Source of the DNA: Octopus sinensis
Taxonomy: Eukaryota
Assembly (NCBI RefSeq): GCF_006345805.1
Contig: NW_021827438.1
Coordinates: 1-10,118, forward strand
Reading direction: 5' to 3'
DNA: 10,118 bases
The position numbers were made by a program, and so were the translations under genes. Of this stretch, positions 1 to 7,976 are shown one piece after another. Positions within the stretch are counted from its first letter, which is position 1. Each line of letters opens with the position of its first letter. The notes below the pieces were generated by a model. It saw nothing but the letters and a program-made list of their open reading frames with translations. It did no database searches and was not told the origin of the DNA.

Positions 1-1720
1 CTCTCTCACACTTTCATTTCTTTCTGTCTTCCTCTCGTTTCTTTTTCTCTCTCTTTTTTTTCTCGCTCTCTCACATTTTTCGCCTTCTTTCTCCCTCTCG
101 TTTTCTTTTTATCCTTCTTCCTCTCTCTCACTCTTTCATTTCTTTCTTTTTTCTCTTGTTTCTTTTCCTCTCTCTCTTTCTTTTCTCCTTCTTTCTCCCT
201 CTCGTTTCTTTATTTATTTTCTTTCTCTCACTCTTTCATTTCTCTCATTCTTCCTCTCGTTTCTTTTTCTCTCTTTCTTTTCTCGCTCTGTCACCTTTTT
301 CGATTTCTTTCTCTCTCTCGTTTTCTTTTTATCCTTCTTCCTCTCTATCACTCTTTCATTTCTCTCTTTCTTCCTCTTGTTTCTTTCTCTCTCTCTCTCG
401 TTCTTTTCTCGCTCACTCACATTTTTCGCCTTCTTTCTCCCTCTCGTTTTCTTTTTATTCTTCTTCCTCTCTCTCACTCTTTCATTTCTCTCTTTCATCC
501 TCTCGTTTCTTTTTCTCTCTCTTTCTTTTCTCGCTTTTATCTCCTTCTTTCTCCCTCTCGTTTTCTTTTTATCCTTCTTCCTCTCTCTCACTCTTTCATT
601 TCTCTCTTTCTTCCACTAATTTCTTTCTCTCTTTCTTTTCTCGCTCTCTCGCTTTTTCTCTTTCTTTCTCCCTCTCGTTTTCTTTTTATCCTTCTTCCTT
701 TCTCTCACTCTTTCATTTCTCTCGTTCTTCCTCTCGTTTCTTTTTCTCTCTCTTTCTTTTCTGCTTTTTCTTATCTTCTCCCTCTCGTTTTCTTTTATGC
801 TTTTCATTCTCTCAACTTTTCATATATCTCTTTCTTCCACTCATTTCTTTCTCTCTCTTTCTTTTCTCGCTCTCTCGCATTTTCTATTTATATATCCCTC
901 TCGTTTATTTTTATCCTTCTTCCTCTCTCTCACTCTTTCATTTCTCTCTTTCTTCCTCTCGTTTCTTTTTCTCTCTCTTTCTTTTCTCGCTTTTTTCTCA
1001 TTCTTTCTCCCTCTCGTTTTCTTTTTATCCTTCTTCCTCTCTCTCACTCTTTCATTTCTCTCTTTCTTCCACTCATTTCTTTCTCTCTCTCTTTCTTTTC
1101 TCGCTCTCTCGCTTTTTCTCTTTCTTTCTCCCTCTCGTTTTCTTTTTATCCTTCTTCCTCTCTCTCACTCTTTCATTTCTCTCTTTCTTCCTCTCGTTTC
1201 TTTTTCTCTCTCTTTCTTTTCTCGCTTTTTTCTCATTCTTTCTCTATCTCGTTTTCTTTTTATCCTTCTTCCTCTCTCTCACTCTTTCATTTCTCTCTTT
1301 CTTCCACTCATTTCTTTCTCTCTCTCTTTCTTTTCTCGCTCTCTCGCTTTTTCTCTTTCTTTCTCCTCTCGTTTTTTATCCTTCTTCCTCTCTCTCACTC
1401 TTTCATTTCTTTCTTTCTTCCTCTCATTTCTTTTTCTCTCTATCTTTCTTTTCTTGCTCTCTCACTTTTTCTCCTTCTTGCTCCCTCTCGTTTTCTGTTG
1501 ATCATTCTTCTTCTCACTCTTTCATTTCTTTCTTTCTTCCTCTCATTTCTTTTTCTCTCTCTCTTTCTTTTCTCGCTCTCTCGCTTTTTTCTCCTTCTTT
1601 TTCCCTCTCGTTTTCTTTTTATCCTTCTTCCTCTCTCTCACTCTTTCATTTCTCTCTTTCTTCCTCTCGTTTCTTTTTCTCTCTCCCTTTCTTTTCTCTC
1701 TCGTTTTCTTTTTCAATCTC
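1..1720. repeat. Polypyrimidine minisatellite, ~15 units of ~117 bp (100-126 bp), running off the 5' edge of the window
   Basis: The anchor TTTCAT(T) recurs at 12, 134, 234, 354, 480, 594, 711, ~818, 936, 1050, 1171, 1285, 1401, 1520 and 1644. Shared submotifs are CCCTCTCGTTTTCTTTTTATCCTTCTTCC and CTTTTCTCGCT. The + strand is almost entirely C/T. Confidence 0.95.
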
Positions 1721-1866
1721 CTTCTCTTTATCTTTTCTCTCTTTTTTTTTCTCTCTCTCTTTCTCTGTTTCGTTTCTTTTTGTCTCCTCTATAGTTCTCT
1801 CTCAATTTTCCTTTCCTTTCTTCTATTCTTCTCTTCTTTTTTCTCTTTTTTTTTCTTTCTCTCTCC
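1721..1866. repeat. Degenerate CT-rich low-complexity tract linking the minisatellite to a SINE 3' end
   Basis: Same C/T bias as the array, but the unit periodicity is lost. Confidence 0.8.
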
Positions 1867-1867
1867 T

Positions 1868-2088
1868 ACTTGTTTCAGTCATGAGACTGCGGCCAGGCTC
1901 GGGCTCCTATCGATTTTGTCTTTTATGTGTGGTACCTTTTCTGTCTAATTAGCATAACCTATAGCTCTCTTTTGCTCCAGGGCTATGTAACAGGATACAA
2001 ATACACCAACACCGGTTTTCAATTAGCAGTTAGGGACACACACTTGCATAGATACACATGCATACACACACACACACACATATACGAG
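1868..2088 (-). mobile_element. 3' half of an octopus-type SINE (5'-truncated, diverged) with internal (CA/TG)n
   Basis: TACTTGTTTCAGTCATGAGACTGCGGCCA, TCTCTTTTGC and ACACCAACACCGGTT match the reverse complement of a common octopus SINE 3' region as I recall it (...GGCCGCAGTCAAATGACTGAAACAAGTA). A (CA)n tract lies at ~2063-2080. Confidence 0.65.
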
Positions 2089-2139
2089 TTAATAACACCT
2101 GTAAGGATGTGTTTTATTTATTCACCAAAGTGAATGGAG

Positions 2140-3450
2140 CCTGCAGAAAACTCTTATATCTGTCACACTTCCGTTCATGGGCCTCGTTACAATCCGCTCC
2201 CCGCGTGACTGTTCGTTCAATTATGATAATTTTCTGGGCCTTTTTAGACATCAGAACTTCATCAGGCCTCAGGGTTGTATGGGTAACCTAGGGAAACTGC
2301 AATCTCTACCCTAAGTCTACCTTCATATCCCATGGTTGAGACCCTTGCAGCAAGCTATGTATTGCTTTTGCTGGCTTTACTGGTTTCTCTCCCTCTTCAA
2401 CGAACTTAATTGCGGCAGTTATCTTCTTTTGGTGATGATGTTTCTTACACCTTTACTGCTCCAGGGTGTGAGCAAGTATTTGTATCTGCCTTGAGAAAGT
2501 GTTATTCTGCACCCTGCCAGGATGTGTGCCAGAGTGCCCCTTTCCCACAAAGTCTACACAGCTGGTCTTCCCTCAAACCTTATCTGTGCAGGTTTGTTGG
2601 CATCGGGAGTGTGTCATACACCGCTCCATGCAGGAAGATGTGCAAAGGTTCCAGCCTCCACAGGTCAGTCCATGTGAGCTTTCTCTCAGGGAGATCCCAT
2701 TTAGTCCATGCACTCAGAGATACCAACTCCACAGCACTTGATTTCCTTTTATCTTCCAACGGGTACCGCACCGCTGTCTCGGTCATAGCCCGCCTCTCCT
2801 TGGTGTCTACTTTCTTCTATTGTTGGAAATAGGAAGAGCCAAGTACCTGGTGACCCCAACATGTAGCTCCAATTATGACGCGTAGCTCCAGCATGCCTTC
2901 AGCCTGAGCGACAGCGGTGCTAGTTACCCACACCTTGTGGTAATACCTGCAGGTCTGACAAGCTCGTCCTTAGAGTCCCTCTACACCATTACATCACATT
3001 TTGCTATTTTAAATTCCTCCATTAAATACGACAGGGGAAGTTGCAGCCTTCAAGATCTTATGGACAGGCCTACTGAAGTGAAGCTTGGGAAACTCCTAGC
3101 AATCTTCGGAGGTATTTAGTTATCTTTCTCTCCACCCTTTCCACACTTGTCATTGGAGCATCATACAGCGTCAGCAACCATATGAGTCTTAGGAGCAGTC
3201 TGTGTTGGTAGAGCCATGCCCTGAACTTTCCTGGAAGCCCTGATCTATCAATCCTCATCCGCCACTCCTCTGCTTGCTTTACAATTTTGGTGACATTGCT
3301 TCTCTCTGACAGCGACTTGTCAAACATCTTTTCAAGTCATTTACTAGGATTTACCTCTATTGATGGAATGCTCCTTGCACTTGGAGCCTGATTTTGTTGG
3401 TTACCTTACTGCCCTCCCTGATTACCATGCTCTCCGAAATGCTTAGGAAG
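2140..3450 (-). mobile_element. 5'-truncated, pseudogenised non-LTR retrotransposon with restriction-like endonuclease (R2 superfamily, HERO-like): RT C-terminus, CCHC knuckle, PD-(D/E)XK endonuclease
   Basis: Manual minus-strand translation across frameshifts and stops gives, in order: IPSIEVNPSK*LEKMFDKSL; RIDRSGLPGKFRAWLYQH; ERKITKYLRRLLG; LPLSYLMEEFKIAK; AVAQAEGML; KERRAM; AWTKWDLPERKLTWTDLWRLEP; VYDTLPMPTNLHR*G; CRLCGK/GTLAHILAGC (CCHC, 2509-2558); GRY; WDMKVDLG*RLQFP; LRPDEVL (RPD at 2261-2269); IIIERTV; EAHERKCDRY. Confidence 0.88.
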
Positions 3451-3974
3451 ATGGTTCAATTCATGCATAAGCTCAATGAAGAGAAACAAAACCACTTTAT
3501 GTTTGGTACTGAATCTAATACAAAGTAATTATTTGAGACTAGATATCTGTGGGAACTTCTGGATGACACCAACTTCTGTTGAATATGTTCAAAATGTGAA
3601 AAAGTGGATACAAATGAAAGGAAACGATAGGGGAATAAAAACATAAATAAGGCAGTGCTTCGTTTTAAATTAAGTGCTTCGTTAGTACTTTGTAGCCATA
3701 CAAAATGTTAAAAGGTGTGAGTTGTTCATACACAACTGTAATACATCTGTTTAGACAACACTATCAACATCATCTGGAGGAAAACACCCACCATTGAATT
3801 ACAGGTATGATGGTCATCAAGAAAATAAAGGATGCTTCTTTCTGCATTTCACCATCTGTCAGCTCTCTTCACTCCTAATTTAAAACCAAGATTTCTGGTC
3901 TCCTACCAACAGAATCTCTATAAATTTAACAGAATAATCCTACCAACTGCTTCCTAACCATGATGGTCCTATAC

Positions 3975-4339
3975 CAGTGATTCTCAAACCTTTTAAATAT
4001 GGTTTCTTTTCATTTACCAAGGATTTCCCAATGTCCCTTTCCTTGCTACGACTCTATATAACACATAATTAATGTCGTTTTAATTAATACCAGATCACAT
4101 TAATTTCCCTCTCGATCCTAGTCTTGACATGGGTGACTACTTACCACAGAACCTTCACCAGAATAAGTGAATACTTGATGCTTCACCACTTAGTTTTCTT
4201 TACTGATCCAACCGTTGATACATAGCTTCAGTTAAACTCGGGTACACATTCTTTGTGTTTCATGTATACATAATCTCATATGCTATTTTCCCACAGCGCC
4301 CCCACACATGGGTACTCCTGACCTCACTGGGAAATCCTG
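3975..4339. mobile_element. Possible hAT-type MITE inside the LINE relic
   Basis: Left end CAGTGATTCTCAAAC; right end in reverse complement CAGGATTTCCCAGTG. These are imperfect CAG-initiated TIRs. The flanking 8-mers TCCTATAC and CTCAATAT match only 4/8. No LINE motifs were recognised in this interval. Confidence 0.3.
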
Positions 4340-4770
4340 CTCAATATTCCTGCAGACAATATCTTATCGAGTGACTACCATCCAGTTATTCTAACTTCCA
4401 ATGTTTCAATTATGAAGTAAAAAGTCACAAACAACCATCATATTTGTCCCTTTAGTTATCTTTCATTATTCAAGGCTCACCAGTACAATTTTATAAAGCC
4501 AGATCAAGAGGGGCTTGGTACCTATGTGACACACCAGTGTTTTCATGTTTGACAAAATCTGCATAAAATGGTGTAGCCCTTGACATCAGTAAAACCTTCG
4601 ACTGTGTATGGCAAGAGGACTTCTTTAAAAAGTCACCATCCATCTATGGACTCCATTTGTCTCTCATCTCATCTGAAAATTCATATCAGAATACTCCCTT
4701 GCAGTGTGTGATGATGGGTTTCTCTCTCATTCACATTCCATCTACTTTGCCATGCTCAAAATTCGGTCAA

Positions 4771-4993
4771 GAATAATATTCTTTTCTACTCAAGGCACAA
4801 GGCCTGACATTTTGGGGGAGGGGCCAGTCGATTAGACCGACCGCAGTAGGCAACTAGTACTTAATATTTCGACCTAGAAAGGATGACAAGAAAAGTCTAC
4901 CTCGGCGGAATTTGACCTCAGAACATAAACACAGACGAAATACTGCTAAACATTTCACCTGGCGTGCTAACGCTTCTGCCATCTCGCTGCCTT
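4771..4993 (-). mobile_element. Full-length tRNA-derived SINE (octopus-type) with 6-bp target-site duplication
   Basis: On the minus strand: Pol III A-box-like TGGCAGAAGCGTTAG (4967-4981) and B-box-like GGTCAAATTCC (4907-4917), then a TCATCCTTTC.AGGTCGA..ATTAAGTAC central motif and an AT-rich tail. GGTCAA flanks the element at 4765-4770 and 4994-4999. Confidence 0.85.
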
Positions 4994-5158
4994 GGTCAAT
5001 ACTTTTATTATAATATTAATGGCGATTAGAGGAAAGAGATGGAGAAAGAAATGAAATATTATGGAGAAATATATGCAGTTAGTTTGAAGTTTTCAAATTG
5101 CGTATAAAATAATAAAGAAATAGGCAAATTTGAGAAAGCAATAAACAGAACAACTTAC

Positions 5159-5241
5159 TTGGCCTGGCTCCTCCTCAAGTAAGATTTTCAATCCTTCCAC
5201 ATCATTATTTCTAATTTTATTAACGATTGAGTCCATGTCTT
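5159..5241 (-). CDS. Single 83-bp coding exon of an unidentified host gene; peptide DMDSIVNKIRNNDVEGLKILLEEEPGQ, ankyrin-repeat-like helical character
   Basis: Strong acceptor TCTTTTTTTGTCATCTTTTATTCAG| and consensus donor CAA|GTAAGT. The frame is open over 2 nt plus 27 codons, ending at phase 0. The ATG (5236-5234) sits in a gacATGg Kozak-like context. The exon lies in unique, non-repeat sequence. The ankyrin-like product call is a guess. Confidence 0.7.
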
Positions 5242-5808
5242 CTGAATAAAAGATGACAAAAAAAGATTAAAACAGTTTTTAAAAACTTATAAAATGAGGT
5301 AAACAACAATAAACAGAAGTTGATGGTTCTAAAATCTTGCATAAGATAACATTGATATTGTAAACTTCAGTTTATCTAAAGTATTATTCATAGCTGAATG
5401 TTCTTCTTGACACTAATAAACCTAACAACAGTCATTGTGTTGTGTCTCTAGGTTAGATTACAGATTGACTGGTTACAATTAAACCCTCAATATTGGAATG
5501 TACAGTCTGTTGATCAGCTACGTAGAGGCAGCGTACATGTTGAGCTATAAATCTGTGGATCATACCCCAGCTACGGTGGAGGGCACTTTATATCAAAGAC
5601 AAACTGATTCTCCGAAGAAAGGTAAATTTACGAAAAATAGTAAAAGAATCAATGAAACAGAGTTTGTTCAATAAAACCTCCTGTATTGATCTTTGTCGAA
5701 ACACTAGCAAGGTAGATGAGATCTAATCAGACACTATCAACAAGTGCTTACTTTATAGATTTTTGCAAATATCTTTATGACTATTTCATAATTATTTAAT
5801 AAATTTCC

Positions 5809-5893
<85 letters not shown>
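5809..5893. repeat. Perfect (TA)n microsatellite, ~42 units
   Basis: Direct reading. Confidence 0.99.
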
Positions 5894-5895
<2 letters not shown>

Positions 5896-6040
5896 TTGCC
5901 ATCATCACTTAACGTCCACTTTTGATCCATTCATGAGTAAGATGGATGACAGGAGCTGGCCAAGTAGAAAAACTACCCTGGGCTATTGTTTATTTAAAAA
6001 AGGGATTTTACAGCTGGATGCCCTTCCAAACGCCAACCAC
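5894..6040 (-). mobile_element. Diverged 3' fragment of an (ATC/GAT)n-tailed SINE of the same family as 6154-6510
   Basis: CATCATCACTTAACGTCC at the tail. GCTGGATGCCCTTCCAAACGCCAACCAC (6013-6040) matches 6280-6307 at 27 of 28 positions. Confidence 0.75.
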
Positions 6041-6042
6041 CA

Positions 6043-6075
6043 GTTTTGTCCCACTGTTTGACACCTTGGGCAAGT
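6043..6075 (+). mobile_element. Short relic of a CORE-type SINE (B-box remnant plus start of CORE)
   Basis: GTTTTGTCCCACTGTTTGACACCTTGGGCAAGT contains the CORE-like ACCTTGGGCAAGT and resembles the recalled octopus SINE GTTCAGTCCCACTGCGTGGCACCTTGGGCAAGT. Confidence 0.45.
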
Positions 6076-6153
6076 ACCCAGTGAAAAATTTGCCAAAATG
6101 AAGTGTTTGTGTTTGTGTGGGTGTGGGTGTGTACCTGTGGTGCATATATATAT

Positions 6154-6510
6154 ATCATCATCATCATCATCATCGTTTAGCGTCCGTTTTCCATGCTAGC
6201 ATGGGTTGGACGGTTCTACTGGGGTCTGTGAAGCCAGAAGGCTTCGTCAGGCCCAGTCAAATCTGGCAGTGTTTCTACGGCTGGATGCCCTTCCTAACGC
6301 CAACCACTCCGTGAGTGTAGTGTGTGCTTTTTACGTGCCACCCGCACTGGTGCCAGACAGAGCTGGCAAACGGCCACGAACGGATGGTGCTTTTTATGTG
6401 CCACCGGCACGAGGGCCAGGCGAGGCTGGCAACGGACACGAAACGGGGCGGTGCTGGCAACGGTCGCGAAACGGAAAGTTCTCTTACATGCCACCGGCAC
6501 TGGTAACACA
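6154..6510 (-). mobile_element. Octopus-type SINE / non-autonomous retroposon with RTE-like 3' end and (GAT)n tail, carrying internal GC-rich repeats
   Basis: The minus strand ends ...CCAACCCATGCTAGCATGGAAAACGGACGCTAAACGATGATGATG and contains GGCGTTAGGAAGGGCATCCAGCCGTAGAAA. Internal repeated modules lie at 6324-6503. The RTE link is from recall. Confidence 0.8.
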
Positions 6511-6547
6511 TCTGCAATTTCCATTGATCGATTTCGATTCTGATCCA

Positions 6548-6561
6548 TATATATATGTATG

Positions 6562-6634
<73 letters not shown>

Positions 6635-6665
6635 ATATATATGTATTTGTATGTGTGTGTGTGTG
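6548..6665. repeat. Compound (TA)n/(TATG)n/(TG)n microsatellite
   Basis: Direct reading. Confidence 0.97.
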
Positions 6666-6954
6666 TTTCCATTTGCTTTTACTGAAAATTGCTCAGCTAT
6701 GAACGATTATCATTTTCCCTGTTAATAGACGAACCATTGGAATAAGTGATCCCTTGAACAACAGGTAAGGGTTAATAACATGAAGGGGATCCATATGCAA
6801 AAAGAATGGATCAATAATATACTCATACAACCCATGGTAGTATGGAGAAAAGGTGTAGAATGATTGCTTTCTATGCATATACGTACATATATAAGTCTAT
6901 GTATGTGTATACTCGTGTGCATGTGTGAGTAGCTGTATGGCATAGGGATTCGGG

Positions 6955-7140
6955 TGTTACCCTCACAATAGCTAGATCGTGGCTTTGATTCTTGCAATGC
7001 CCTTCCTTTCCCAAGACTTCCGAATGTTCGCCTGCTTTCCTAACCAGTGGAGTGGCATCATTCAAAGCGTAAAACGACGCAAAGCACATTGTGACCAGTG
7101 ATGTGTAACATCTGGCAGTATAGTCGATCATGTGACTACT
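6955..7140 (+). mobile_element. Degenerate, internally deleted tRNA-type SINE
   Basis: B-box-like GATCGTGGCTTTGATTC near 6976-6992. The 3' CATTGTGACCAGTGATGTGTAACATCTG...GTCGATCATGTGA resembles a recalled octopus SINE end. Confidence 0.4.
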
Positions 7141-7146
7141 TGATTA

Positions 7147-7232
7147 TATACATATGTATATATATATATATATAAATATATATATATGTCTATGTGTGTG
7201 TATGTGTGAGTATATATATATATATATATATA
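7147..7232. repeat. Interrupted (TA)n/(TG)n microsatellite, ending in a pure (TA)n run at 7211-7232
   Basis: Direct reading. Confidence 0.95.
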
Positions 7233-7516
7233 TTCCTTCAGCACATCCTTCAGTGAGGTGAATGCTCTCCATCCTGCTCTTACCCTTTGCAACATCTCAT
7301 TCTCCATCTTTCGCCTCTAGTCACTTCTTGACCGAGATAGACATAGCTGTCCACCTCTTCTATTTCGTCGCTTCCGACTGTTAGCTGAGCGATTAATTCG
7401 TCTTCAGTCCATATGTTCAAGCCGAGTGCCGAACCTCTGGAATGCAGTTCGTCCAGCATGGTCTACAGGTGATCGGGGCTCTCCGCTGTCAGCGTTATGT
7501 TGTCAGCGAAAGTTAG
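7233..7516 (-). mobile_element. RTE-clade LINE, inverted 5' segment (RT motifs 5-7 and beyond)
   Basis: Minus-strand translation LTFADNITLTAESPDHL*TMLDELHSRGSALGLNI...IEEVDSYVYLGQEVT, then a frameshift, then MENEMLQRVRAGWRAFTSLKDVLKE. FADN corresponds to the catalytic FADD. Confidence 0.9.
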
Positions 7517-7967
7517 AACTTAGACAAGGCAATTGGCACAAATCTCTTCAACAGCACAGTCTTTCCTGCAGTGCTATACACATTTTAGACTTGGGCCTTG
7601 AAGAAGAGGCAACATCTTTTTACAGTGCAGATATCCATTGTAACGCTGATGTTGGGAATCTGACAAAGAGATCACACCTGGAATGAGGATATCAGGAATA
7701 GAACTGGAGTGAAGGACATCATCACCGAAAACCACTAAGTAAATCTACGATGAGCTGGTCATGTGCAAGGTTCACAGACCTTCGGTGGACCCGTGCAGTT
7801 GTAGGGTGGTACCCGTGCGAACGGAAGAGACCACTCAGAAAGACCTCCAGTCAGATGCGAAGATGATTTAATAAAAATGTTTAGAACAGAAGAAATAGGA
7901 GAGCAGGAGAGAAAGGGAGAAAATTTTATGGGCAGCGGAGCCAATTCGGCACCAGACAGCCTGGCCG
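7517..7967 (+). mobile_element. RTE-clade LINE, non-inverted 3' segment (thumb/C-terminal region and 3' end)
   Basis: Plus-strand translation NLDKAIGTNLFNSTVFPAVLYTF*TWAL...MLGI*QRDHTWNEDIRNRTGVKDII...LR*AGHV, then a frameshift, then DLRWTRAVVGWYPCERKRPLRRPPVRCEDDL. These are typical RTE LY..ETW, IR.RT.V.D, WAGHV and GRPP.RW motifs. Confidence 0.9.
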
Positions 7968-7976
7968 ATATATATA

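Larger units (their letters stand above)
3840..5022 (+). mobile_element. Old, heavily decayed LINE of the CR1/L2 group (Crack/Daphne-like): linker plus N-terminal RT motifs, interrupted by later insertions
   Basis: Translated remnants: QLSS..DFWSPTNRIS..PNHDG (~3860-3967); SDYHPVILTS (cf. SNYRPISLTS, ~4370-4400); HQYNF (cf. HQYGF); VALDISKTFDCVWQ (cf. ALDISKAFDRVWH, ~4574-4615); QNSV (cf. PQGSV) just before the SINE at 4771. Confidence 0.7.

Noticed and set aside
1-1720. Regularly spaced repeats read as a CRISPR array
   Set aside because: The sequence between anchors is itself repeated, so there are no unique spacers. No cas genes are present and the context is eukaryotic.
156-1952. 598-aa F/L/S-rich ORF and the overlapping R/E/K-rich minus-strand ORFs
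   Set aside because: Stop codons are rare in a pyrimidine-only tandem array, so long ORFs arise in several frames at once. Unit lengths are not multiples of three and the start is a non-ATG codon.
3456-3644. 62-aa minus-strand ORF as the next exon of the host gene
   Set aside because: There is a plausible acceptor (TTCAACAG), but no convincing donor and the peptide is unrecognisable. The ORF's N-terminus is just the polypyrimidine tract.
4907-4991. tRNA gene suggested by A and B boxes
   Set aside because: I could not fold a complete cloverleaf. The boxes are followed by a SINE body and tail and flanked by a TSD.
5451-5673. + strand exon/ORF candidate (TCTCTAG| ... AAG|GTAAAT; MYSLLISYVEAAYMLSYKSVDHTPATVEG...)
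   Set aside because: The donor is only moderate, there is an in-frame stop between the acceptor and the ATG, I recognise no homology, and it is antisense to the better exon. It would be worth revisiting only with RNA-seq support.
6180-6510. HDV-like ribozyme in the RTE-related SINE
   Set aside because: RTE elements can carry HDV-like ribozymes, but I could thread only one 6-bp hairpin (GGTTGG/CCAGCC on the minus strand), not the nested double pseudoknot.
6117-6685. Cluster of overlapping 60-159 aa ORFs on both strands
   Set aside because: They are by-products of a GC-rich SINE and adjacent (CAT)n/(TA)n tracts, which explain the HHHH and YIYI runs.
6871-7131. 86-aa minus-strand ORF as an upstream host exon
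   Set aside because: It overlaps a probable degenerate SINE and microsatellite, and its splice signals are weak.
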